From Squalus acanthias (lineage: Eukaryota): DNA of 64,000 nt. The notes beneath the pieces are model-generated. The model was not told the DNA's origin. It did not search any database and was given only the letters and a program-made list of their open reading frames with translations. Shown here one piece after another: positions 37,865 to 48,322 of the stretch; within the stretch, counting starts at the first letter, position 1; each line of letters begins with the position of its first letter. Location: contig CM059433.1 in the NCBI GenBank assembly GCA_030390025.1, forward strand, positions 1,116,001 to 1,180,000. The letters are read 5' to 3'. Made by a program: the position numbers and the translations under genes.

Positions 37865-40061
37865 GGCCTAGAAATTCCCTACCTTAACGCCCTGTGTCTG
37901 CACCGTATTTCTTCAGAAAATGGCGGCCGCCTCGCTTCCGGCATTGGGACACAGCGGCCGCCATTTTGGTGAGGTCCATGGTGCTGCCGTTGCCAGCGCT
38001 GGCCTCTCAAATTTAAACAAGCAGATGGTGACGTCAATTGGCGGCAACACCTGATTTGACGCCACAACTGCTATTTTTGATGTCGCCGCATGCCATAACA
38101 CACTCTCTAAAATATGCACAGAAGAACATGCAACAGTTCTGCAGAGACGCTGTCAGCGCTTCTTAAACACACACATCTTTCTGGTAAGTTTGGATTTCAG
38201 CTTTAGGACTTTTTAAAATATTTTATTGAAGTAGTGGCTTGGTGCAACACATTTAAGAAGTTGTTAAAGTGTGCAGGAAGTGCTGCTGGATGCTTGCAAA
38301 GCCTCGCATGGTAAAGGAAGGCCTCTGAGAAGACAGAAAATGCTGGAAATACTCAGCAGGTCAGGCAGCATCTGTGGAGAGAGAAACAAAATTAACGTTT
38401 CTGGTTGAGATGCTGCCTGACCTGTTGAGTATTTCCAGCATTTTCTGTTATTATTTCAGATTTCCAGCAGCCGCAGTATTTTGCCACTTGCTTATAGTCC
38501 TGGGGGGCACGTGGAGACGAAGCAGAGGCAGCAAAGGAGACAAGCTGCTGACAGAGGGAAGGAAGAAGCAGAAGATGAGGAAGCGGAAGGAAGGAGGCAA
38601 CCCAGACAGCCCCTTTCTGGCCAGGATATCCAGGATGAAATCATCCGCCTGCTATACCAGTGAACACAACCCAATTCCGTTACCTTCCCTCTGTTACTGA
38701 CCATCACAGCGTCCTCTTGGCCACAATTTTTGAAATAAAATCCACCACAAAGCAAACTTTCCAGCACAACTTTATGTATGCATCCAATATGACATCAAGA
38801 AATCAACTAATCACCCTTGTGGTGGAAGGCTGCTGACTTTCAGTGGGGGACACTGCAGATGGCCTTGCAGGATGACCTCAAGGAGCTGGTGGCTGGGAGT
38901 GTGAAATCGAGTGACGGTGTTTCTTCTTCTTCTGCACTCTCCTCTCCGTCTTCTTGGTCAACCATTGGCTGGGCAGGCTGCATTTCTTGGGTGTCTGAAA
39001 TGAGGAAGGCACAAGGGTAGGGTTGTTGTGAGGGGAGGGCAGGAAAGCAAGAGGTGCTTGCTTACACCATATGCAGCTTTTACATCAGAAGAGATTGTGG
39101 GATGAGGGGGAAGTGGGATGTGAGAAGGAGGATAACGTATGAGGATACCAGCATTTTGTATTCTTTCAGCCCCACCGCTGGCCAAGGGCTGAGCCATGCC
39201 CCTGCCAAGAATAGCCAGCACCGTCTCCTCCACGGGGGTGAGGTGAAGCTAGGAATGGGAGGTGTGCTGCATTTTTGGTAGAGATTGTTGGTGGGGGGAG
39301 GCTGTTGTGCTTTGAGCAGTGTGTGAGGCTAGTGGTGCAGTTGGTAGGAGACGGCTTTTGAAGATGCAGTCACTGACCTTGACCACTCGTCTGAGGTCAT
39401 GGAACTTCTTTTGGCATTGGAGCCAGGCCCTGGGGGTGACACTGCTGGCAGTGACGGCCTCGGCGATCTGGTCCCACATCCTCCTTTCTGGAGGGCCTCC
39501 TGGTTCCTGTGGATAGAGGACCTCTCTTCCAATGTTGACCCCCTGCACAAAGCTGGAGTGCTGAGTGTGAGACCCTGGGAGTCCTTCCCTGGCCTGTTGA
39601 GCCATTTGTGTTAATGCTGAAGCACTTTTGCCTTTTTTTTACGTGCAGAAGGCAGTTCAGCTTTAAGAGCTGTAGACTGTCATTTTGGAATTATTTGTAA
39701 TACTTTTCTTTTTTTCAGATGAGAGCTGAGCTCTAAGGGCTAAAGACTGGCTATTTTTAAATGATTTTTGTTTTAAGAAGGCAGTTACCCTTTAAGGGCT
39801 TGAGACTGCTTTCTAAACTGACAGCCTTGCTTTAAGGGAAGGCAGCCTCGCTCCAGGGACGCTGCGGCCACGCGACATTGGACCCCCTACTGAGCTCACA
39901 GCCTGAGGCAGCGCGTTCCTCACTAGGCTGTGCGCTCCAATCATTCAAATCAGCAGGCCGCAGCGAAGTAACCGCGTTGCCTGCCATCGTTTCGTGGGCG
40001 CGAGCAGACCTCGCCCCACAGCGCCACCAGATGTTTCCGGGCTTTATCGGATTTCTGGGCC
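37865..40061. mobile_element. Degraded two-gene Harbinger element, opposite orientation
   Basis: TIR GGCCTAGAAAT / ATTTCTGGGCC with AAT/AAC flanks. Myb remnant on - (WDQIAEAVTASSVTPRAWLQCQKKFHDLRRVVK). Acidic transposase tail on + at about 38500-38663. Confidence 0.82.
38333..38485. mobile_element. Penelope-like terminal fragment forming a hairpin
   Basis: acagaaaatgctggaaatactcagcaggtcaggcagcatct is followed by its near-perfect reverse complement. Confidence 0.7.
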
Positions 40062-40076
40062 AACTGCTTTACCCAG

Positions 40077-40758
40077 AGGCCCATAATTTCCTCAGAAGTT
40101 TCGGTGTAACTCTGGCCTGAGGGTAGACTTGCTCAGTTTTTATCTGAGTAAATCCACGTGTGACCGGTTTCCGCCGGTTTTATTCTGAAGCGTGGCTCTG
40201 TGCGAATTACCTCGATTGCGTGTCCCAGTTCTGAGGTACATGGACTGAAATCCTCCGCCGCTCGTTCCCACAGCTCTGTCCCCCGTGTGAAACTCCAGCT
40301 CTCGCAGGGCTCCTGGGTCGATGCAAATAACACGCTGGCAGAGATTTACACGGAAACACTTCGGAAAAGCACAGCCTGAAGTCACCTGATATCGGCATAA
40401 CTGAGGCTTCTAAAGTTCGGGAGTGATTTTCTTCAAAATTTGTTTTGAATTTCGCCTTTTCAGACCTGCGCTATACTTAACCAATGTGCTTTCAGTCTCA
40501 GTGCACCTGAAATTTTTCAGACCCCGGCTCCCACACAAGTCCGATGACTAGGCAGGTGTAACGGCCCTCCCAATAGTCAAACACCTGCTCTGTAAAATAC
40601 TGGAAGAGGAACAGCAGAGTTGAGAGGCTGTGAGAGCGAGTGCCGCGGTAGGTGACCGCAGCCCGCTCGCTATCACTCCTGTTGCTGCATTTGCTTTTGT
40701 TCTCTGCCGGTTTTTACTTTCCGCTGTAGCAAATGAGCTCCACAGGAAATTCTGGCCT
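40077..40758. mobile_element. Harbinger-type MITE
   Basis: TIR AGGCCCATAATTTCCT / AGGAAATTCTGGCCT with CAG/CAT flanks. Confidence 0.6.
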
Positions 40759-41033
40759 CATTGGCGCAGAATCTAGCATAACTTTTGATGTAATGTCTGT
40801 GTAAATACAATCCAGGAAATTCAAAAGGCCAGAGGGTGAACATGTAGAATGGACTTCTCAGGGAGAGATCGGTGGCAAGTTGTGTGGAAAAAATTAATGG
40901 AAAATTGACTCGATCTTTGATGGAGTGGGTTGTTATTTTTTTGAGACCAGTCAGATAGACTGCAGAGTTTTTTATTGCCTGTTTTTTTTCCTATGTTCCT
41001 ATGAGAAAGCATCAAACTGCCATTCTTAGGTTT

Positions 41034-41715
41034 TGATGTGGAGATGCCGGCGTTGGACTGGGGTGGACAAAAATGAGAAGTCGCACAACACCAGGTTATA
41101 GTCCAACAGATTTATTTAATTTTACAAGCTTTCGGAGCTGTTCGCTCCTTCTTCAGGTAAGGTAGCTGTGAGAGAATCTCCCAGAATTCACAATATAAAC
41201 ACAGAAAAAATCTATTCAAATCTTTCCCTACATCAAAGACACACTAAGAGCACAGCCAAGACAATGAGATGTGTCTGCGGGTAAGCGTTCTCCAAGGCGG
41301 CCTTCGGGATACACGACAGCGCAAAATCATAGAGCAGAAACTGATAGCCAAGTTCCGCACTCATGAGGATGGCCTCAATCGCGATATCGGGTTCATGTCA
41401 CGATACAGAACGTGACTTGACATCATGGCCGGTCTTTCCAGGTTTTGTTTTAAAAACACAAATGGAGAGGATATGCAGCCAGCAGGTGTTTTGACACGTT
41501 GGACCCCCTGGGACACATCTCATTGTCTTGGCTGTGCTCTTAGTGTGTCTTTGATGTAGGGAAAGATTTGAATAGATTTTTTCTGTGTTTATATTGTGAA
41601 TTCTGGGAGATTCTCTCACAGCTACCTTACCTGAAGAAGGAGCGAACAGCTCCGAAAGCTTGTAAAATTAAATAAATCTGTTGGACTATAACCTGGTGTT
41701 GTGCGACTTCTCATT
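41034..41715 (+). mobile_element. 5'-truncated Penelope-like retroelement with inverted terminal copy
   Basis: Inverted arms 41072-41275 and 41512-41715. 41275-41415 encodes LRVSVLQGGLRDTRQRKIIEQKLIAKFRTHEDGLNRDIGFMSRYRT* (GIY-YIG C-terminus). TSD CATTCTTAGGTTT. Confidence 0.9.
41627..41665 (+). ncRNA. Minimal type I hammerhead-ribozyme-like motif (mirror copy at 41122-41160 on minus strand)
   Basis: TTAC-CTGAAGA-A-GGAGC-gaaca-GCTCC-GAAA-GCTT-GTAA: core boxes, 5-bp stem II, 4-bp stem I and palindromic AAGCTT. Confidence 0.6.
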
Positions 41716-42616
41716 CTTAGGTTTAACATGTTGCATTCCCGGATGTATTCATAAGAGGTTTGTGAGATAGAAAATGTATTTGATGTTGAGTTTATTACAA
41801 TGTCTTTTCCTTCCAGTTAGGATTCCAACCTGAAACTTACTGTGTGGCCTGTATTTGTCGCAAAAATGTTACTAAAAATCAGACACAGAAATAATGCTTT
41901 TAAAATAAAGTATAATTAAGAGATCCAGTAAGTACAGAGGCAGAAATTAAGGCCCAAGTTTAACATTATTTTGATAGTTCTTTATTTGCACCCTATATTT
42001 TAAGTAAAAGTCATTTTAAGCTGTTGGGGTTTGGTACTCAGATACATAGGAGGGGCAGGCTAGGCAAATTCTGGTACTGGCCCGGAATCTGCAGTCGGGA
42101 TGGCAACGAACTGGCAGCATTCGCCATCATTCCGCCTTTGAAACTGGCCGCAACTTCGGGATTTGGCGAATGCGGAAATCCGGAAGTTGCGGTCAGTCAT
42201 TGATGGCTCCGACACTGGCTGCGCTGTGGCCCCCCCCCCCCCCCCCCACCCCGGCCAACAGAGCCGGCAATCTGTGTAATCAGCCAAATCATTGAAACTG
42301 GAGAAAACTCCTGCTCATCCACAGTAATTATGCTGCTAAATTCCCCACTAAAAGTTAAACCCAAAGGGATTAGGTGTAATTGTTTTTTGACAGCGTTATT
42401 ACTGCTAAACAAATGTTAATGGCCTGCAAAACTAATTTTATTTTTGCGCCGTGTGAAATTTGTCCATTTTCGTACAAATTAAAATTTTTAAGAAACTTTT
42501 CAAAAAAAGGTTTTTAACTTTTTTTTAAAGTTTGTCGTTCTTTATTTCAGGTTTGCCTTTTCCCATGTGAGAGCCCAGATCTTCCTTTTGCTCTCTCTAA
42601 CTATTTTAAAAAGTTA

Positions 42617-43810
42617 GGCTTAGAAATTCGGGTGGTTTGCGCCACCCTTTAGCACCATGAAATGGCGAGAAAACAGCGGCCGGCGCTCTTCCGCTAGCTG
42701 GTGGCAGGTCGGCAGCGCTGTCGTTAACTGCTATCGGCGAGAGTATTGTAATGAGTTGGAGCGCGTGCAACGGCGAGTTGATGCCAGCTTATCCGTTTTG
42801 GAGTTCTCTGCTCGCATTGCCGCCCGCGCTAAATCACGCCAGTGAGCGCTGCCGCTAAAAGCTCCTTCAGCAGCGTTAACGACCATGAGGAGTCTGGCAG
42901 GACTGATGAGGGTGGAGCCGGAACTTCAAACACCTCCTTTGCCAAGGTTCTTCTTTTAAACTTTCATTTTTTGCTCATCAGTGGTGGGTGGGGGGTTGGG
43001 GGGGGGGTGGGGGGGTGGTGGGGGGGTGGGGGCGGGTGGGGGGGTGGTGGGGGGGTGGGGGGGTGGGGGGGTGGGGGGGGGTGGGGGCTGGTGGGGTGGG
43101 TGGGGTGGGGGGGTGGTTGGGGGGTGGGGGGGTGGGGGGGGTGGGGGCGGGTGGGGTGGGGGGGTGGAGGGTGGGTGGGGTGGGGGGGTGGGGGTGGTGG
43201 GGGCGGGTGGGGTGGGTGGGGGTGGGTGGGGTGGGGGGGGTGGGGGGGGTGGGGTGGGGTGGGGTGGGGGGGGGGGCGGGTGGGGGGGTGGGGGGGGGTG
43301 GGGGTGGTGGGGGGTTGGTGGGGGTGGGTGGGGGGGGTGGGGGGTGGGTGGGGTGGGGGGGTGGTAGGGGTGGTGGGGGGTTGGTGGGGGTGGGTGGGGG
43401 GGTGGGGGTGGAGGGTGGGTGGGGTGGGGGGTGGGTGGGGTGGGGGGGTGGTAGGGGTGGTGGGGGGTTGGTGGGGGGGGGGGGTGGGGTGTTGGAGGGT
43501 GGGTGGGGTGGGGGGGTGTGGGTGGTGGGGGCGGGTGGGGGGGTGGGGTGGTGGGGGGGGTGGGGGATTGGGGGTGGGTGGGGTGGGGGGGTGGGGGTGG
43601 AGTTGCAAACCCGAGACAGAGGCGACATTTGGCCTCCTTCTGAGATTAGCGCTGCAAAGAGCACGTTGCGCTAGCAAATCACCACCACGCTGATGATAAT
43701 GAGCAGGTAGGATCAAAATGCCGATATTGTCTGCGCTCTCTCGGCCGGCGACCGTTAGCCTTGGCCGCCAATGTTACCAGCAGGCTCCAACGTTCCCCAA
43801 TTTCTAGGCC
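42617..43810. mobile_element. Harbinger-type MITE (nested)
   Basis: TIR GGCTTAGAAATT / AATTTCTAGGCC and TSD TTA. Confidence 0.85.
42981..43600 (+). repeat. About 620-bp G-run low-complexity tract
   Basis: Almost entirely G runs separated by single T. Confidence 0.95.
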
Positions 43811-44437
43811 TTAGAATTTTAAGTGCTGACTCACTTCCTCGTTCGCTGTCTGTGAGAATTCTGCCTTTTGATTGGCTTCTTAGACAGCCTGTTGACGACA
43901 CAGCAGTTCGCACTGGGGAATCCCCGCTACAATTCGTTGATTTGAATTGAAGGTCGGAAAACCCGAAGTTCTCGACACGGGGATGGCGAGATTCTTGTGC
44001 AAAGCGTAATTCGGGGCCAACGGCAAACACCTTCGCTTAACTGCTGACCACAGATTCCGGGCCACTGTATATCTCGGGACAACATGAATCTCCAATATAA
44101 TTTTATAATTTAATCTGACAGCAAAAATTAGATCATGATTTTCGTGTAACACAGTGTTATGCCATCAAACATTTTGGTTTAACTGTGTCCAAAAATAAAT
44201 AATAATTTAAAAAGACAGGATTCATTGAGGCAATTTTGACTCTGAAAGAACAATGTGCATTTTAAAATAAATAATAATGTGGAGAACAGGCCACCCGCAC
44301 TGTCCATTTATCACCTGTGTTAAGCATGAAAATGACAACTGCAGTGTGCCTGATATCATTTTAAAAAATGATTAACTTATTCCAAAGAGCTCCTCAAACT
44401 GAGCCAGTTTTAAGTACTGGAAATTCAAAACAAAATA

Positions 44438-44755
44438 CAGGAAACTCTCTTTTAACCGGCAAAATTCTTGAGTAGGTAACCGGGGTTTTCCTTCATCTCT
44501 CCTTTAAAAATAACTTTTTTAAAAACCCCGAGGCGTTTGCCTTGTATCGGAGCGTGTAGATTGGGAGGGGAATGTGCAGCCCGGGTAGGCAGCGGACACG
44601 ACAGATAGTCAGCTGGTCAGCTGGCGGTCCCCAGGGAGATGTCAGTGTGTACGGGGCTCTCGTACGTTGGGAGATATAACTCTCCATTATCCGGACTTTT
44701 TGATTAACCGGCACCACGCCGGTCCCGTCGGTGCCGGTTAATAAAGAGTTTCCTG
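44438..44755. mobile_element. pogo/Tigger-type (Tc1-mariner superfamily) MITE
   Basis: 24-bp TIR CAGGAAACTCTCTTTTAACCGGCA / TGCCGGTTAATAAAGAGTTTCCTG (22/24 match) and TA TSD. Confidence 0.9.
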
Positions 44756-45523
44756 TACGCAAGATAAATGTTTGCTATAGTATTGTGGTTACACAATTAG
44801 TTTTAGGAAGTATAAAATAAAGCCCCAAATCATGAATGCCTTTAACTACCATTGTCCATCGCTGTGTACGGCGTATTCTCTGTACTGTCCCCATCTAGGG
44901 TGTCAAAGCTCTTTACACTGAACTCCTGCGCTCAGAGAAAGTCTCCTATTAGAGGTAATGACTGGAACCAATGCTAAAATGAAAACAAATATTTAGAACT
45001 TTGGGCAGATAGGTCAGTGTTTGCAGTGAGCTGTTTACAGGACCACTCTGATCCTCTCCAGAGTAACATTTGCTTTGTGACTGATGATGGTTGCGGGCGT
45101 TTAGAACAATCATTTCAGTGTTTCCTTCCTGTGCTCCTGCAGTCAGAGGTTTTCCATGAGACCCTGTGCTTGTCCCGAGCTCTAACCTGCCACAGATAGC
45201 CACGCATGTCCGAACAAAAGAAGGCTTAACCAGAATGGTAGGCCGAAAATAATCAAGACAAGAGGTTGCCACTTATATTTTTCGAAAAGCACTTTGTCTC
45301 CAGAAATTACCTTTGATGTGTGTACGAAAGAAGGAAGTGCCAGTGGACTTTGAACATTGTAATGGAGACATTGTCATTTCAAACAATTTAGCCACTAACA
45401 TTTTTGGAGCAGTAATACAATGGCTCTTTGAGTTCAGTGAGTGACATTAATGAGGAGAGGAATGGGAGGACATTTTTCTTCACAACAAAAGATTTTATTA
45501 TCTATGATGATGCAGATGCATTT

Positions 45524-46129
45524 CTAGTACTGGTGACAGTGTCAGTACTGGGGAAAGTGTTAGTACTGGTGACAGTGTTAGTACTGGGGACAGTGTTAGT
45601 ACTGGTGACAGTGTCAGTACTGGGGACAGTGTTAGTACTGGGGACAGTGTTAGTACTGGTGACAGTGTTAGTACTGGGGACAGTGTTAGTACTGGGGACA
45701 GTGTTAGTGCTGGTGACAGTGTCAGTACTGGGGACAGTGTTAGTACTGGGGACAGTGTTAGTACTGGGGACAGTGTTAGTACTGGTAACAGTGTTAGTAC
45801 TGGGGACAGTGTTAGTACTGGGGACAGTGTTAGTACTGGTGACAGTGTTAGTGCTGGTGACAGTGTCAGTACTGGTGACAGTGTTAGTACTGGTGACAGT
45901 GTCAGTACTGGGGAAAGTGTTAGTACTGGTGACAGTGTTAGTACTGGTGACAGTGTTAGTGCTGGTGACAGTGTCAGTACTGGTGACAGTGTTAGTACTG
46001 GTGACAGTGTCAGTACTGGGGACAGTGTTAGTACTGGGGACAGTGTTAGTACTGGTGACAGTGTCAGTACTGGTGACAGTGTTAGTACTGGTGACAGTGT
46101 TTGGACTTGTGACAGTGTTAGTACTGGTG
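45524..46129. repeat. 18-bp satellite, proximal block
   Basis: (GGTGACAGTGTTAGTACT)n with GGGG and GTCAG variants. Confidence 0.98.
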
Positions 46130-46189
46130 CGAGATAGGATTAATTAGCAATCTTGTTGTACGAGGCCCCTTGGGTCAGATGATCCTAAT

Positions 46190-48322
46190 ATGATAGAATT
46201 CTTCATTAGGATGGAGAGTGAAGTAGTTGAATCAGAGACTAGGGTCCTGAATTTAAATAAAGGAAACTACAATGATATGAGGTGCGAATGGGGTAGGATT
46301 GATTGGGGAATGTCACTCAAAGGGTTGACGGTGGATAGGCAATGGCAAACATTCAAAGACTGCATGGATGAACAACAGAATTTGTTCATCCCAGTGTGGC
46401 ATAAGAATAAAACAAAAAGGGTGACTCAACTGTGGCTAACAAGGGAAATTAGGGATAGCATAAGATCCAAGGAGAGGGCATATAAATTGGGCAGAAAAAG
46501 CAGCAACCCTGAGGATTGGGAGCAGTTTAGGATTCAACAAAGGAAGACAAAGGGATTAATTAAGAAGGGGAAAATAGAATATGAAAGTAAGCTTGCAGGG
46601 AACATAAAAACTGACTGTAAGAGATTTTATAGATATGTGAAGAGAAAAAGATTAGTGAAATCAAGTGTAGGTCCCTTGCAGTCAGAAGCAGGGCAAGTTA
46701 TAATGGGGAACAAAGAAATGGCAGCCCAATTAAATGCGTATTTTGGTTCTGTCTTCACAAAGGAGGACACAAATAACCTCCCAGAGATGTTGGAGAACAT
46801 ATGGTCTGATGAAAGGGAGGAACTGAAAGAAATCAGTATTTGCAGGGTAATGGAGTTAGGGAAATTGATGGTATTGAAGGCCGATAAATCCCCAGGGCCT
46901 GATAATCTACATCCTAGGGTACTTAAGGAAGTGGCCCTAGAAATAGTAGATGCATTGCTGATCATCTTCCAACATTCGATGGAACCTGGAACTGTACCCG
47001 TGGATTGGAGGGTAGCTAATGTTACCCCACTATTCAAAAAGGGTGGTAAAGAGAAAGCGGGGAATTACAGACCGGTAAGCCTGACATCGGTAGTGGGGAA
47101 AATGCTAGAGTCCATTATAAAGGATGTAATAGCTGAGCACTTGAAAAACAGTGACAGGATCGGACAAAGTCAACATGGATTTACAAAAGGTAAATCGTGC
47201 TTGACTAATCTACTGGAATTTTTTGAGGATGTAACTGGGAAAATAGATAAGGGAGAACCAGTAGATGTGGTGTATTTGGACTTTCAAAAGGCTTTCGATA
47301 AGGTCCCGCATAAGAGATTAGCATGTAAAGTTAAGGCACATGGGATTGGGGGCAAGGTATTGACTTGGATAGAGAACTGGTTGGCGGACAGAAAGCAGAG
47401 AGTAGGAATTAATGGGTCTTTTTCCGAGTGGCAAGCAGTGACTAGTGGGGTACCGCAGGGATCAGTCCTTGGACCCCAGCTATTCACAATATACATTAAT
47501 GATCTAGATAAGGGAACTAAATGTAATATCTCCAAGTTTGCAGATGACACAAAGCTGGGTGGGCGTGTGTGCTGCGAGGAGGATACCGAGAAACTCCAGG
47601 ATGATTTGGACAGGTTGGGTGAGTGGGCAGAAGCGTGGCAGATGCAATATAACGTGGATAAGTGCGAGGTTATCCACTTTGGTGTCAAAAACAATAAGGC
47701 AGATTATTATCTGAATGGCAATAGATTGGGAGAAGGGGAAGTGCAACGAGACCTGGGTGTCCTTGTGCACCAGTCGCTGAAGGTAAGCATGCAGGTGCAG
47801 CAGGCGGTGAAGAAGGCAAATGGTATGTTGGCCTTCATAGCGAAAGGGTTTGAGTATAGGAACAGGGATGTCCTGCTGCAGTTGTACAGGGCCTTGGTCA
47901 GACCACACCTTGAGTACTGTGTGCAGTTTTGGTCGCCTTATCTGAGGAAGGATGTTCTTGCCATGGAAGGAGTTCAGCGAAAATTCACAAGGCTGATACC
48001 TGGGATGGCAGGAATGACATATGAGGAGAGATTGGGTCGATTGGGCTTATACTCGCTGGAATATAGAAGAATGAGAGGGGATCTCATCGAAACATATAAA
48101 ATTCTGACAGGTCTGGACAAACTAGATGCAGGAAGAATGTTCCCGATGGTCGGAGAGTCCAGAACCAGGGGTCATAATCTAAGGATAAGGGGTAAGCCAT
48201 TTAGGACAGAAATGAGGAAGAATTTCTTCACCCAGAGAGTGGTGAACCTGTGGAATTCTCTACCACAGAAGGTAGTTGAGGCCAAGTCATTAAATATATT
48301 GAAGAATGAGTTAGAATCATAG
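46190..48322 (+). pseudogene. CR1 ORF2 fragment, open RT domain (710 codons)
   Basis: KSPGPD, NYRPVSLTS, QHGFTKG, YLDFQKAFDKV, GVPQGSVLGP and FADDTKL motifs. Endonuclease missing and C-terminus displaced. Confidence 0.9.

Larger units (their letters stand above)
42079..44063. mobile_element. Harbinger-type MITE (outer)
   Basis: Perfect 13-bp TIR GGCCCGGAATCTG / CAGATTCCGGGCC and TSD ACT. Confidence 0.88.

Noticed and set aside
42842..43716. Gly/Trp-rich or Pro/His-rich proteins
   Set aside because: Translation of a low-complexity G tract inside a MITE.
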